Assembly (NCBI GenBank): GCA_964016885.1
Contig: OZ024740.1
Span: forward strand, 51,584,001 to 51,648,000
DNA: 64,000 bases
Reading direction: 5' to 3'
From: Eledone cirrhosa
Taxonomy: Eukaryota
Each line of letters opens with the position of its first letter. Position 1 is the stretch's first letter. Shown piece by piece: positions 1-15,700 of the stretch. Below the pieces are notes generated by a model that saw nothing but the letters and a program-made list of their open reading frames with translations, had not been told where the DNA came from and searched no databases. Position numbers and translations under genes: made by a program.

Positions 1-89
1 GCGTATTTTCCAGTTACTTCATTGTCTCGCTGTTTGTTGTATGGATCACCACACACACCACATTTACCTCCATTTATGTCATACTGTAC
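1..89 (-). CDS. Internal coding exon of an AA15-family lytic polysaccharide monooxygenase (chitin-binding type-4/LPMO); continues past the left edge
   Basis: Minus strand has a polypyrimidine tract and AG acceptor (tttttctttttttgtttactcag, AG at 91-90), then phase-0 VQYDINGGKCGVCGDPYNKQRDNEVTGKY(A). This matches the AA15 motif QxxxNGGKCGVCGDP...RxxExxGKY. Too short for the ORF track. Confidence 0.85.
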
Positions 90-539
90 CTGAGTAAACA
101 AAAAAAGAAAAATGTAATGAGGTTTGAAATGGCCTTTGAGACAGGTAGTGAAAAGGAAGTAGACTCTGTTAAAGGCCCACAAGAACTGAGTGTTAGTGTT
201 AAACTAAGAAATAGATTAATTCTACTAACTGAGAGTAGAAACGATCTCTCCAGGATTCTGTCTACAAAATGTTACTCCTGTTTGTTTTGGTCAACATAAG
301 ACACTTGGCCTAGGTGTTATATAACACAAAACTAAGTAGTTATGAAACAAAGTGGAGAAATAACAAAAGCTAGAGAAAAGAACAAGAATAAATATCTTGT
401 ACTCATTATTTCTTTCTTCATTCTGAAAGTTCTGATTAAGAAATCTATCCTGGGATTATCTTTGCTTTTCAATGTATCATATTGGGTTTTGAGGTTGCCA
501 ATAAAATAAACACCTCTCCAAATAAAATTTCAGTTATTA

Positions 540-720
540 TTCAGACCCAGGTCAACTTAGATCAATTAAAGAAGTCCAGCCACAACAACTCCATCTCTTT
601 ATGATTATATAGAGGATTACAATTTAATATATCCTTCCAAAGTTTTTTAAACGATGTTATAGTTTGATTCAAGGAATACTTAGCTGCTATTTCTAGCAAG
701 TAGAGCAACTACGTATAGGC
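540..720 (-). repeat. Old interspersed repeat copy (CTAGAAATAGCAGC family)
   Basis: Reverse complement aligns by eye with 34805-34950 (ctagaaatagcagc...ggata...gacct..g); a related motif occurs near 63797. Strand label is relative. Confidence 0.55.
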
Positions 721-770
721 TTTCTAGTTTGCTTAATAATATGTGGGTGAAACATGCAAACCATTGGTTT

Positions 771-3700
771 GTGTGTAACCAATGGTGTCGTGTGTAACCA
801 ATGGTATTGTGTGTAACCAATGGTGTCGTGTGTAACCAATGGTATTGTGTGTAAACAATGGTATTGTGTGTAACCAATGGTGTCGTGTGTAACCAATGGT
901 GTCGTGTGTAACCAATGGTGTCGTGTGTAAGCAATGGTATTGTGTGTATCCAATGGTACTGTGTGTAACCAATGGTATTGTGTGTAACCAATGGTGTTGT
1001 GTGTAAACAATGGTGTTGTGTGTAACCAATGGTATGGTGTAACCAATGGTGTCGTGTGTAACCAATGGTATTGTGTGTAACCAATTGTAGTGTGTGTAAC
1101 CAATGGCATTGTGTGTAACCAATGGTATTGTGCGTAACCAATGGTATTGTGTGTAACCAATGGTATTGTGTGTAACCAGTGGTATTGCGTATAACCAATG
1201 GTGTCGTGTGTGACCAATGGTGTTGTGTGTAACCAATGGTGTTGTATGTAACCAATGGTGTTGTGTGTAACCATTGGTATTGTGTGTAACCAATGGTATT
1301 GTGTGTAACCAATGGTGTTGTGTGTAACCAATGGTATTGTGTGTAACCAATGGTGTTGTGTGTAACCAATGGTGTTGTGTGTAACCAATGGTATTGTGTG
1401 TAACCAATGGTGTTTGTGTAACAGATGGTGTTGCGTGTAACCAATGGTGACATGTGTAACCAATGGTGTCGTGTGTAACCAATGGTGTTGTGTGTAACCA
1501 ATGGTGTCGTGTGTAACCAATGGTGTCGTGTGTAACCAATGGTGTCGTGTGTAACCAATGTTGTTGTGTGTAACCAATGATGTTGTGTGTAACCAATGAT
1601 ATTGTGTGTGACCAATGGTATCATGTGTAACCAATGGTGTCGTGTGTAACCAATGGTGTTGTGTGTAACCAATGGTGTCGTGTGTAACCAATGGTGTCGT
1701 GTGTAACCAATGGTGTCGTGTGTAACCAATGGTGTCGTGTGTAACCAATGATGATGTGTGTAACCAATGATATTGTGTGTGACCAATGGTATCATGTGTA
1801 ACCAATGGTGTTGTGTGTAACCAATGGTGTCATGTGTAACCAATGGTGTCGTGTGTAACCAATGGTGTTGTGTGTAACCAATGGTGTTGTGTGTAACTAA
1901 TGGTATTGTGTGTAACCAATGGTGTCGTGTGTAACCAATGGTGTTGTGTGCAACCAATGGTGTCGTGTGTAACCAATGGTGTTGTGTGTAACCAATGGTG
2001 TCGTGTGTAACCAATGGTATTGTGTGTAACCAATGGTGTTGTGTGTAACCAATGGTGTCATGTGTAATCAATGGTGTCGTGTGTAACCAATGGTATTGTG
2101 TGTAAACAATGTTGTCATGTGTAACCAATGGTGTCGTGTGTAACGAATGGTATTGTGTGTAACCAATGGTGTTGTGTGTAACCAATGGTGTTGTGTGTAA
2201 CCAATGCTGTTGTGTGTAACCAATAGTGTCGTGTGTAACTAATGGCGTTGTGTGTAACTAATGGTGTCATGTGTAACCAATGGTATTGTGTGTAACCAAT
2301 GGTGTCGTGTGTAACCAATGGTGTCGTGTGTAACCAATGGTATTGTATGTAACCAATGGTGTTGTGTGTAACCAATGGTATTGCGTGTAACCAATGGTGT
2401 CGTGTGTAACTAATGGCGCCGTGTGTAACTAATGGTGTCATGTGTAACCAATGGTATTGTGTGTAACCAATGGTGTTGTGTGTAACCAATGGTGTTGTGT
2501 GTAACCAATGCTGTTGTGTGTAACCAATAGTGTCGTGTGTAACTAATGGCGTTGTGTGTAACTAATGGTGTCATGTGTAACCAATGGTATTGTGTGTAAC
2601 CAATGGTGTCGTGTGTAACCAATGGTGTCGTGTGTAACCAATGGTATTGTGTGTAACCAATGGTGTTGTGTGTAACCAATGGTATTGCGTGTAACCAATG
2701 GTGTCGTGTGTAACTAATGGCGTCGTGTGTAACTAATGGTGTCATGTGTAACCAATGGTATTGTGTGTAACCAATGGTGTCCTGTGTAACCAATGGTGTT
2801 GTGTGTAACCAATGGCGTCGTGTGTAACCAATGGTATTGTGTGTAACCAATGGTGTCGTGTGTAACCATTGGTGTTGTGTGTAACTAATGGTGTTGTGTG
2901 TAACCATTCGTATCGTGTGTAACGAATGGTATTGTGTGTAACCAATGGTATCGTGGGTAACCGATGGTATTGTGCGTAACGAAAGGTGTTGTGTGTAACC
3001 AATGGTATTGTGTGTAACCAATGATGTCGTGTGTAACCATTGGTGTTGTGTGTAACCAATGGTGTTGTGTGTAACCATTGGTATCGTGTGTAACCAATGG
3101 TGTCGTGTGTAACCAATGCTATTGTGTGTAACCAATGGTGTCGTGTGTAACCAATGGTATTGTGTGTAACCAATGGTATTGTGTGTAACCAATGGTATTG
3201 TGTGTAACCATTGGTGTTGTGTGTAACCAATGGTATTGTGTTTAACCAATGGTGTCGTGTGTAACCAATGGTGTCGTGTGTATCCAATGGTACTGTGTGT
3301 ATCCAATGGTACTGTGTGTAACCAATGGTGTTGTGTGTAACCAATGGTGTTGTGTGTAACCAATGGTGTTGTGTGTAACCAATGGTATGGTGTAACCAAT
3401 GGTGTCGTGTGTAACCAATGGTAGTGTGTGTAACCAATGGTAGTGTGTGTAACCAATGGCATTGTGTGTAACCAATGGTGTTGTGTGTAACCAATGGTAG
3501 TGTGTGTAACCAATGGTATTGTGTTAACCAATGGTATTGTGTATAACCAGTGGTATTGCGTATAACCAATGGTGTCGTGTGTAACCAATGGTGTCGTGTG
3601 TAACCAATGTTGTCGTATGTAACCAATGGTGTTGTGTGTAACCATTGGTATTGTGTGTAACCAATGGTATTGTGTGTAACCAATGGTGTTGTGTGTAACC

Positions 3701-6700
3701 AATGGTATTGTGTGTAACCAATGGTGTCTTGTGTAACCAATGGTGTTGTGTGTAACCAATGGTGTTGTGTATAACCAATGGTATTGTGTGTAACCAATGG
3801 TGTTGTGTGTAACCATTGGTATTGTGTGTAACCAATGGTATTGTGTGTAACCAATGGTATTGTGTGTAACCAATGCTGTTGTGTATAACCAATGGCATTG
3901 TGTGTAACCATTGGTATTGTGTGTAACCAATGGTATTGCGTGTAACCAATGGTATTGTGTGTAACCGGTGGTATTGTGTTTGACCAATGGTGTTGTGTGT
4001 AACCAATGGTGTTGTGTGTAACCAATGGTGTTGTGTGTAACCAATGGTGTCGTGTGTAACCAATGGTGTCGTGTGTAACCAATGTTGTTGTGTGTAACCA
4101 ATGATGTTGTGTGTAACCAATGATATTGTGTGTGACCAATGGTATCATGTGTAACCAATGGTGTTGTGTGTAACCAATGGTGTCATGTGTAACCAATGGT
4201 GTTGTGTGTAACCAATGGTGTCGTGTGTAACCAATGGTGTCGTGTGTAACCAATGTTGTTGTGTGTAACCAATGATGTTGTGTGTAACCAATGATATTGT
4301 GTGTGACCAATGGTATCATGTGTAACCAATGGTGTCGTGTGTAACCAATGGTGTTGTGTGTAACCAATGGTGTCGTGTGTAACCAATGGTGTCGTGTGTA
4401 ACCAATGGTGTCGTGTGTAACCAATGGTGTCGTGTGTAACCAATGATGATGTGTGTAACCAATGATATTGTGTGTGACCAATGGTATCATGTGTAACCAA
4501 TGGTGTTGTGTGTAACCAATGGTGTCATGTGTAACCAATGGTGTCGTGTGTAACCAATGGTGTTGTGTGTAACCAATGGTGTTGTGTGTAACTAATGGTA
4601 TTGTGTGTAACCAATGGTGTCGTGTGTAACCAATGGTGTTGTGTGCAACCAATGGTGTCGTGTGTAACCAATGGTGTTGTGTGTAACCAATGGTGTCGTG
4701 TGTAACCAATGGTATTGTGTGTAACCAATGGTGTTGTGTGTAACCAATGGTGTCATGTGTAATCAATGGTGTCGTGTGTAACCAATGGTATTGTGTGTAA
4801 ACAATGTTGTCATGTGTAACCAATGGTGTCGTGTGTAACGAATGGTATTGTGTGTAACCAATGGTGTTGTGTGTAACCAATGGTGTTGTGTGTAACCAAT
4901 GCTGTTGTGTGTAACCAATAGTGTCGTGTGTAACTAATGGCGTTGTGTGTAACTAATGGTGTCATGTGTAACCAATGGTATTGTGTGTAACCAATGGTGT
5001 CGTGTGTAACCAATGGTGTCGTGTGTAACCAATGGTATTGTGTGTAACCAATGGTGTTGTGTGTAACCAATGGTATTGCGTGTAACCAATGGTGTCGTGT
5101 GTAACTAATGGCGTCGTGTGTAACTAATGGTGTCATGTGTAACCAATGGTATTGTGTCTAACCAATGGTGTTGTGTGTAACCAATGGTGTTGTGTGTAAC
5201 CAATGCTGTTGTGCGTAACCAATAGTGTCGTGTGTAACTAATGGCGTTGTGTGTAACTAATGGTGTCATGTGTAACCAATGGTATTGTGTGTAACCAATG
5301 GTGTCGTGTGTAACCAATGGTGTCGTGTGTAACCAATGGTATTGTGTGTAACCAATGGTGTTGTGTGTAACCAATGGTATTGCGTGTAACCAATGGTGTC
5401 GTGTGTAACTAATGGCGTCGTGTGTAACTAATGGTGTCATGTGTAACCAATGGTATTGTGTGTAACCAATGGTGTCCTGTGTAACCAATGGTGTTGTGTG
5501 TAACCAATGGCGTCGTGTGTAACCAATGGTATTGTGTGTAACCAATGGTGTCGTGTGTAACCATTGGTGTTGTGTGTAACTAATGGTGTTGTGTGTAACC
5601 ATTCGTATCGTGTGTAACGAATGGTATTGTGTGTAACCAATGGTATCGTGGGTAACCGATGGTATTGTGCGTAACGAAAGGTGTTGTGTGTAACCAATGG
5701 TATTGTGTGTAACCAATGATGTCGTGTGTAACCATTGGTGTTGTGTGTAACCAATGGTGTTGTGTGTAACCATTGGTATCGTGTGTAACCAATGGTGTCG
5801 TGTGTAACCAATGCTATTGTGTGTAACCAATGGTGTCGTGTGTAACCAATGGTATTGTGTGTAACCAATGGTATTGTGTGTAACCAATGGTATTGTGTGT
5901 AACCATTGGTGTTGTGTGTAACCAATGGTATTGTGTTTAACCAATGGTGTCGTGTGTAACCAATGGTGTCGTGTGTATCCAATGGTACTGTGTGTATCCA
6001 ATGGTACTGTGTGTAACCAATGGTGTTGTGTGTAACCAATGGTGTTGTGTGTAACCAATGGTGTTGTGTGTAACCAATGGTATGGTGTAACCAATGGTGT
6101 CGTGTGTAACCAATGGTAGTGTGTGTAACCAATGGTAGTGTGTGTAACCAATGGCATTGTGTGTAACCAATGGTGTTGTGTGTAACCAATGGTAGTGTGT
6201 GTAACCAATGGTAGTGTGTGTAACCAATGGTATTGTGTTAACCAATGGTATTGTGTATAACCAGTGGTATTGCGTATAACCAATGGTGTCGTGTGTAACC
6301 AATGGTGTCGTGTGTAACCAATGTTGTCGTATGTAACCAATGGTGTTGTGTGTAACCATTGGTATTGTGTGTAACCAATGGTGTTGTGTGTAACCAATGG
6401 TATTGTGTGTAACCAATGGTGTCTTGTGTAACCAATGGTGTTGTGTGTAACCAATGGTGTTGTGTATAACCAATGGTATTGTGTGTAACCAATGGTGTTG
6501 TGTGTAACCATTGGTATTGTGTGTAACCAATGGTATTGTGTGTAACCAATGGTATTGTGTGTAACCAATGCTGTTGTGTATAACCAATGGCATTGTGTGT
6601 AACCATTGGTATTGTGTGTAACCAATGGTATTGCGTGTAACCAATGGTATTGTGTGTAACCGGTGGTATTGTGTTTAACCAATGGTGTTGTGTGTAACCA

Positions 6701-9700
6701 ATGGTGTCGTGTGTAACCAATGGTGTTGTGTGTAACCAATGGTGTCGTGTGTAACCAATGGTGTCGTGTGTAACCAATGTTGTTGTGTGTAACCAATGAT
6801 GTTGTGTGTAACCAATGATATTGTGTGTGACCAATGGTATCATGTGTAACCAATGGTGTTGTGTGTAACCAATGGTGTCATGTGTAACCAATGGTGTTGT
6901 GTGTAACCAATGGTGTTGTGTGTAACCAATGGTGTTGTGTGTAACTAATGGTATCGTGTGTAACCAATGGTGTCGTGTGTAACCAATGGTGTTGTGTGTA
7001 ACCAATGGTGTCGTGTGTAACCAATGGTGTTGTGTGTAACCAATGGTGTCGTGTGTAATCAATGGTGTCGTGTGTAACCGATGGTATTGTGTGTAACCAA
7101 TGGTGTTGTGTGTAACCAATGGTGTCGTGTGTAACCAATGGTGTCGTGTGTAACCAATGGTATTGTGTGTAACCAATGGTGTTGTGTTTAACCAATGGTG
7201 TTGTGTGTAACCAACGGTGTTGTGTGTAACCAATGGTGTCGTGTGTGACTAATGGTGTTGTGTGTAACTAATGGTGTCATGTGTAACCAATGGTGTTGTG
7301 TGTAACCAATGGTGTTGTGCGTAACCAATGGTGTTGTGTGTAACCAATGGTGTTGTGTGTAACCAATGGTGTCGTGTGTAACTAATGGTGTCGTGTGTAA
7401 CTAATGGTGTCATGTGTAACCAATGGTATTGTGTGTAACCAATGGTGACATGTGTAACCAATGGTGTCGTGTGTAACCAATGGTGTTGTGTGTAACCAAT
7501 GGTGTTGTGTGTAACCAATGGTGTCGTGTGTAACAAATGTTGTTGTGTGTGACCAATGGTATCATGTGTAACCAATGGTGTTGTGTGTAACCAATGGTGT
7601 CATGTGTAACCAATGGTGTTGTGTGTAACCAATGGTGTTGTGTGTAACTAATGGTATTGTGTGTAACCAAGGGTGTCGTGTGTAACCAATGGTGTTGTGT
7701 GTAACCAATGGTGTTGTGTGTAACCAATGGTGTCGTATGTAACCAATGGTGTTGTGTGTAACCAAAGGTGTCGTGTGTAACCAATGGTATTGTGTGTAAC
7801 CAATGGTGTTGTGTGTAACCAATGGTGTCGTGTGTAACAATTGGTGTTGTGTGTAACTAATGGTGTTGTGTGTAACCATTCATATCGTGTGTAACGAATG
7901 GTATTGTGTGTAACCAATGGTGTCGTGGGTAACCGATGGTATTGTGCGTAACGAATGGTGTTGTGTGTAACCAATGGTATTGGGTGTAACCAATGATGTC
8001 GTGTGTAACCATTGGTGTTGTGTGTAACCAATGGTGTTGTGTGTAACCATTGGTATCGTGTGTAACCAATGGTGTCATGTGTAACCAATGCTATTGTGTG
8101 TAACCAATGGTATTGTGTGTAACCAATGGTGTTGTGTAACCAATGGTTTAGTGTGTAACCAATGGTATTGTGTGTAATCATTTGTGTCATGTGTAACCAA
8201 TGGTGTCGTGTGTAAGCAATGGTGTCGTGTGTAACCAATGGTCTTGTGTGTAACCAATGGTGTCATGTGTAACCAATGGTGTCATGTGTAATCAATGGTA
8301 TTGTGTGTAACCAATGGTGTCATGTGTAACCAATGGTGTCGTGTGTAACCTATGGTATTGTGTGTAACCAATGGTGTCGTGTGTAACCAATGGTGTTGTG
8401 TGTAATCAATGGTGTCGTGTGTAACCAATGGTGTCATGTGTAATCAATGGTGTCGTGTGTAACCAATGGTATTGTGTGTAACCAATGGTGTTGTGTGTAA
8501 CCAATGGTATTGTGTGTAACCAATGGTGTTGTGTGTAACCAATGGTGTCGTGTGTAACTATAGTGTCATGTGTAACCAATGGTATTGTGTGTAACCAATG
8601 GTGTTGTGTGTAATCAATGGTGTTGTGTGTAACCAATGGTGTTGTGTGTAACCAATGCTATTGTGTGTAACCAATGGTGTTGTGTGTAACCAATGCTATT
8701 GTGTGTAACCATTGGTATTGTGTGTAACCATTGGTATTGTGTGTAACCATTGGTATTGTGTGTAACCAATGGTATTGTGTGTAACCAATGGTATTGTGTG
8801 TAACCAATGGTATTGTGTGTAACCAATGGTGTTGTGTGTAACCAATGGTATTGTGTGTAACCAATGGTGACATATGTAACCAATGGTGTCGTGTGTAACC
8901 AATGGTGTTGTGTGTAACCAATGGTGTCGTGTGTAACCAATGGTGTCGTGTGTAACCAATGGTGTTGTGTGTAACCAATGATGTTGTGTGTAACCAATGG
9001 TATTGTGTGATACCAATGGTGTTGTGTGTAACCAATGGTGTCGTGTGTATCCAATGGTGTCGTGTGTAACCAATGGTGTTGTGTGTAATCAATGGTGTCG
9101 TGTGTAACCAATGGTGTCATGTGTAATCAATGGTGTCGTGTGTAACCAATGGTGTTGTGTGTAACCAATGGTGTTGTGTGTAACCAATGGTGTCGTGTGT
9201 AACTATAGTGTCATGTGTAACCAATGGTATTGTGTGTAACCAATGCTGTTGTGTGTAACCAGTGGTGCTGTGTGTAACCAATGGTGTTGTGTGTAACCAA
9301 TGGTATTGTGTGTAACCATTGGTATTGTGTGTAACCATTGGTATTGTGTGTAACCATTGGTATTGTGTGTAACCATTGGTATTGTGTGTAACCATTGGTA
9401 TTGTGTGTAACCATTGGTGTCGTGTGTAACCAATGGTGTTGTGTGTAACCATTCGTATCGTGTGTAACGAATGGTATTGTGTGTAACCAATGGTGTCGTG
9501 GGTAACCGATGGTATTGTGCGTAACGAATGGTGTTGTGTGTAACCAATGGTATTGTGTGTAACCAATGATGTCGTGTGTAACCATTGGTGTTGTGTGTAA
9601 CCAATGGTGTTGTGTGTAACCATTGGTGTCGTGTGTAACCAATGCTATTGTGTGTAACCAATGGTATTGTGTGTAACCAATGGTGTTGTGTGTAACCAAT

Positions 9701-12700
9701 GGTGCCGTGTGTAACCAATGGTATTGTGTGTAACCAATGGTGTCGTGCATAACCAATGGTATTGTGTGTAACCAATGGTGTCGTGTGTAACCAATGGTGT
9801 CGTGTGTAACCAATGGTGTCGTGTGTAAGCAATGGTATTGTGTGTATCCAATGGTATTGTGTGTAACCAATGGTGTTGTGTGTAAACAATGGTGTTGTGT
9901 GTAACCAATGGTATGGTGTAACCAATGGTGTCGTGTGTAACCAATGGTGTTGTGTGTAACCAATGCTATTGTGTGTAACCATTGGTATTGTGTAACCATT
10001 GGTATTGTGTGTAACCATTGGTATTGTGTGTAACCAATGGTATTGTGTGTAACCAATGGTATTGTGTGTAACCAATGGTATTGTGTGTAACCAATGGTAT
10101 TGTGTGTAACCAATGGTGTTGTGTGTAACCAATGGTATTGTGTGTAACCAATGGTGACATATGTAACCAATGGTGTCGTGTGTAACCAATGGTGTTGTGT
10201 GTAACCAATGGTGTCGTGTGTAACCAATGGTGTCGTGTGTAACCAATGGTGTTGTGTGTAACCAATGATGTTGTGTGTAACCAATGGTATTGTGTGATAC
10301 CAATGGTGTTGTGTGTAACCAATGGTGTCGTGTGTATCCAATGGTGTCGTGTGTAACCAATGGTGTTGTGTGTAATCAATGGTGTCGTGTGTAACCAATG
10401 GTGTCATGTGTAATCAATGGTGTCGTGTGTAACCAATGGTGTTGTGTGTAACCAATGGTGTTGTGTGTAACCAATGGTGTCGTGTGTAACTATAGTGTCA
10501 TGTGTAACCAATGGTATTGTGTGTAACCAATGCTGTTGTGTGTAACCAGTGGTGTTGTGTGTAACCAATGGTGTTGTGTGTAACCAATGGTATTGTGTGT
10601 AACCATTGGTATTGTGTGTAACCATTGGTATTGTGTGTAACCATTGGTATTGTGTGTAACCATTGGTATTGTGTGTAACCATTGGTATTGTGTGTAACCA
10701 TTGGTATTGTGTGTAACCATTGGTGTCGTGTGTAACCAATGGTGTTGTGTGTAACCATTCGTATCGTGTGTAACGAATGGTATTGTGTGTAACCAATGGT
10801 GTCGTGGGTAACCGATGGTATTGTGCGTAACGAATGGTGTTGTGTGTAACCAATGGTATTGTGTGTAACCAATGATGTCGTGTGTAACCATTGGTGTTGT
10901 GTGTAACCAATGGTGTTGTGTGTAACCATTGGTGTCGTGTGTAACCAATGCTATTGTGTGTAACCAATGGTATTGTGTGTAACCAATGGTGTTGTGTGTA
11001 ACCAATGGTGCCGTGTGTAACCAATGGTATTGTGTGTAACCAATGGTGTCGTGCATAACCAATGGTATTGTGTGTAACCAATGGTGTCGTGTGTAACCAA
11101 TGGTGTCGTGTGTAACCAATGGTGTCGTGTGTAAGCAATGGTATTGTGTGTATCCAATGGTACTGTGTGTAACCAATGGTATTGTGTGTAACCAATGGTG
11201 TTGTGTGTAAACAATGGTGTTGTGTGTAACCAATGGTATGGTGTAACCAATGGTGTCGTGTGTAACCAATGGTATTGTGTGTAACCAATGGTAGTGTGTG
11301 TAACCAATGGCATTGTGTGTAACCAATGGTATTGTGCGTAACCAATGGTATTGTGTGTAACCAATGGTATTGTGTGTAACCAATGGTATTGCGTATAACC
11401 AATGGTGTCGTGTGTAACCAATGGTGTTGTGTGTAACCAATGGTGTTGTATGTAACCAATGGTGTTGTGTGTAACCATTGGTATTGTGTGTAACCAATGG
11501 TATTGTGTGTAACCAATGGTGTTGTGTGTAACCAATGGTATTGTGTGTAACCAATGGTGTTGTGTGTAACCAATGGTGTTGTGTGTAACCAATGGTATTG
11601 TGTGTAACCAATGGTGTTTGTGTAACAGATGGTGTTGCGTGTAACCAATGGTGACATGTGTAACCAATGGTGTCGTGTGTAACCAATGGTGTTGTGTGTA
11701 ACCAATGGTGTCGTGTGTAACCAATGGTGTCGTGTGTAACCAATGGTGTCGTGTGTAACCAATGTTGTTGTGTGTAACCAATGATGTTGTGTGTAACCAA
11801 TGATATTGTGTGTGACCAATGGTATCATGTGTAACCAATGGTGTCGTGTGTAACCAATGGTGTTGTGTGTAACCAATGGTGTCGTGTGTAACCAATGGTG
11901 TCGTGTGTAACCAATGGTGTCGTGTGTAACCAATGGTGTCGTGTGTAACCAATGATGTTGTGTGTAACCAATGATATTGTGTGTGACCAATGGTATCATG
12001 TGTAACCAATGGTGTTGTGTGTAACCAATGGTGTCATGTGTAACCAATGGTGTCGTGTGTAACCAATGGTGTTGTGTGTAACCAATGGTGTTGTGTGTAA
12101 CTAATGGTATTGTGTGTAACCAATGGTGTCGTGTGTAACCAATGGTGTTGTGTGCAACCAATGGTGTCGTGTGTAACCAATGGTGTTGTGTGTAACCAAT
12201 GGTGTCGTGTGTAACCAATGGTATTGTGTGTAACCAATGGTGTTGTGTGTAACCAATGGTGTCATGTGTAATCAATGGTGTCATGTGTAACCAATGGTAT
12301 TGTGTGTAAACAATGTTGTCATGTGTAACCAATGGTGTCGTGTGTAACGAATGGTATTGTGTGTAACCAATGGTGTTGTGTGTAACCAATGGTGTTGTGT
12401 GTAACCAATGCTGTTGTGTGTAACCAATAGTGTCGTGTGTAACTAATGGCGTTGTGTGTAACTAATGGTGTCATGTGTAACCAATGGTATTGTGTGTAAC
12501 CAATGGTGTCGTGTGTAACCAATGGTGTCGTGTGTAACCAATGGTATTGTGTGTAACCAATGGTGTTGTGTGTAACCAATGGTATTGCGTGTAACCAATG
12601 GTGTCGTGTGTAACTAATGGCGTCGTGTGTAACTAATGGTGTCATGTGTAACCAATGGTATTGTGTGTAACCAATGGTGTCCTGTGTAACCAATGGTGTT

Positions 12701-15700
12701 GTGTGTAACCAATGGCGTCGTGTGTAACCAATGGTATTGTGTGTAACCAATGGTGTCGTGTGTAACCATTGGTGTTGTGTGTAACTAATGGTGTTGTGTG
12801 TAACCATTCGTATCGTGTGTAACGAATGGTATTGTGTGTAACCAATGGTATCGTGGGTAACCGATGGTATTGTGCGTAACGAAAGGTGTTGTGTGTAACC
12901 AATGGTATTGTGTGTAACCAATGATGTCGTGTGTAACCATTGGTGTTGTGTGTAACCAATGGTGTTGTGTGTAACCATTGGTATCGTGTGTAACCAATGG
13001 TGTCGTGTGTAACCAATGCTATTGTGTGTAACCAATGGTGTCGTGTGTAACCAATGGTAGTGTGTGTAACCAATGGTAGTGTGTATAACCAATGGTATTG
13101 TGTTAACCAATGGTATTGTGTATAACCAGTGGTATTGCGTATAACCAATGGTGTCGTGTGTAACCAATGGTGTCGTGTGTAACCAATGTTGTCGTATGTA
13201 ACCAATGGTGTTGTGTGTAACCATTGGTATTGTGTGTAACCAATGGTATTGTGTGTAACCAATGGTGTTGTGTGTAACCAATGGTATTGTGTGTAACCAA
13301 TGGTGTCTTGTGTAACCAATGGTGTTGTGTGTAACCAATGGTGTTGTGTATAACCAATGGTATTGTGTGTAACCAATGGTGTTGTGTGTAACCATTGGTA
13401 TTGTGTGTAACCAATGGTATTGTGTGTAACCAATGGTATTGTGTGTAACCAATGCTGTTGTGTATAACCAATGGCATTGTGTGTAACCATTGGTATTGTG
13501 TGTAACCAATGGTATTGCGTGTAACCAATGGTATTGTGTGTAACCGGTGGTATTGTGTTTAACCAATGGTGTTGTGTGTAACCAATGGTGTTGTGTGTAA
13601 CCAATGGTGTTGTGTGTAACCAATGGTGTTGTGTGTAACCAATGGTGTCGTGTGTAACCAATGGTGTCGTGTGTAACCAATGTTGTTGTGTGTAACCAAT
13701 GATGTTGTGTGTAACCAATGATATTGTGTGTGACCAATGGTATCATGTGTAACCAATGGTGTTGTGTGTAACCAATGGTGTCATGTGTAACCAATGGTGT
13801 CATGTGTAACCAATGGTGTTGTGTGTAACCAATGGTGTTGTGTGTAACCAATGGTGTTGTGTGTAACTAATGGTATCGTGTGTAACCAATGGTGTCGTGT
13901 GTAACCAATGGTGTTGTGTGTAACCAATGGTGTCGTGTGTAACCAATGGTGTTGTGTGTAACCAATGGTGTCGTGTGTAATCAATGGTGTCGTGTGTAAC
14001 CGATGGTATTGTGTGTAAACAATGGTTTCATGTGTAACCAATGGTGTCGTGTGTAACCAATGGTATTGTGTGTAACCAATGGTGTTGTGTTTAACCAATG
14101 GTGTTGTGTGTAACCAATGGTGTCGTGTGTGACTAATGGTGTTTTGTGTAACTAATGGTGTCATGTGTAACCAATGGTGTTGTGTGTAACCAATGGTGTT
14201 GTGCGTAACCAATGGTGTTGTGTGTAACCAATGGTGTCGTGTGTAACTAATGGTGTCGTGTGTAACTAATGGTGTCATGTGTAACCAATGGTATTGTGTG
14301 TAACCAATGGTGACATGTGTAACCAATGGTGTCGTGTGTAACCAATGGTGTTGTGTGTAACCAATGGTGTTGTGTGTAACCAATGGTGTCGTGTGTAACA
14401 AATGTTGTTGTGTGTGACCAATGGTATCATGTGTAACCAATGGTGTTGTGTGTAACCAATGGTGTCATGTGTAACCAATGGTGTTGTGTGTAACCAATGG
14501 TGTTGTGTGTAACTAATGGTATTGTGTGTAACCAAGGGTGTCGTGTGTAACCAATGGTGTTGTGTGTAACCAATGGTGTTGTGTGTAACCAATGGTGTCG
14601 TGTGTAACCAATGGTGTTGTGTGTAACCAAAGGTGTCGTGTGTAACCAATGGTATTGTGTGTAACCAATGGTGTTGTGTGTAACCAATGGTGTCGTGTGT
14701 AACAATTGGTGTTGTGTGTAACTAATGGTGTTGTGTGTAACCATTCATATCGTGTGTAACGAATGGTATTGTGTGTAACCAATGGTGTCGTGGGTAACCG
14801 ATGGTATTGTGTGTAAACAATGGTTTCATGTGTAACCAATGGTGTCGTGTGTAACCAATGGTATTGTGTGTAACCAATGGTGTTGTGTTTAACCAATGGT
14901 GTTGTGTGTAACCAACGGTGTTGTGTGTAACCAATGGTGTCGTGTGTGACTAATGGTGTTGTGTGTAACTAATGGTGTCATGTGTAACCAATGGTGTTGT
15001 GTGTAACCAATGGTGTTGTGCGTAACCAATGGTGTTGTGTGTAACCAATGGTGTTGTGTGTAACCAATGGTGTCGTGTGTAACTAATGGTGTCGTGTGTA
15101 ACTAATGGTGTCATGTGTAACCAATGGTATTGTGTGTAACCAATGGTGACATGTGTAACCAATGGTGTCGTGTGTAACCAATGGTGTTGTGTGTAACCAA
15201 TGGTGTTGTGTGTAACCAATGGTGTCGTGTGTAACAAATGTTGTGTGTGACCAATGGTATCATGTGTAACCAATGGTGTTGTGTGTAACCAATGGTGTCA
15301 TGTGTAACCAATGGTGTTGTGTGTAACCAATGGTGTTGTGTGTAACTAATGGTATTGTGTGTAACCAAGGGTGTCGTGTGTAACCAATGGTGTTGTGTGT
15401 AACCATTGGTGTTGTGTGTAACCAATGGTGTTGTGTGTAACCATTGGTATCGTGTGTAACCAATGGTGTCATGTGTAACCAATGCTATTGTGTGTAACCA
15501 ATGGTATTGTGTGTAACCAATGGTGTTGTGTGTAACCAATGGTGTCGTGTGTAACCAATGGTATTGTGTGTAATCATTTGTGTCATGTGTAACCAATGGT
15601 GTCGTGTGTAAGCAATGGTGTCGTGTGTAACCAATGGTCTTGTGTGTAACCAATGGTGTCATGTGTAACCAATGGTGTCATGTGTAATCAATGGTATTGT

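Noticed and set aside
117-299. 60-aa plus-strand ORF
   Set aside because: Short, without a motif, and antisense within the inferred LPMO intron.
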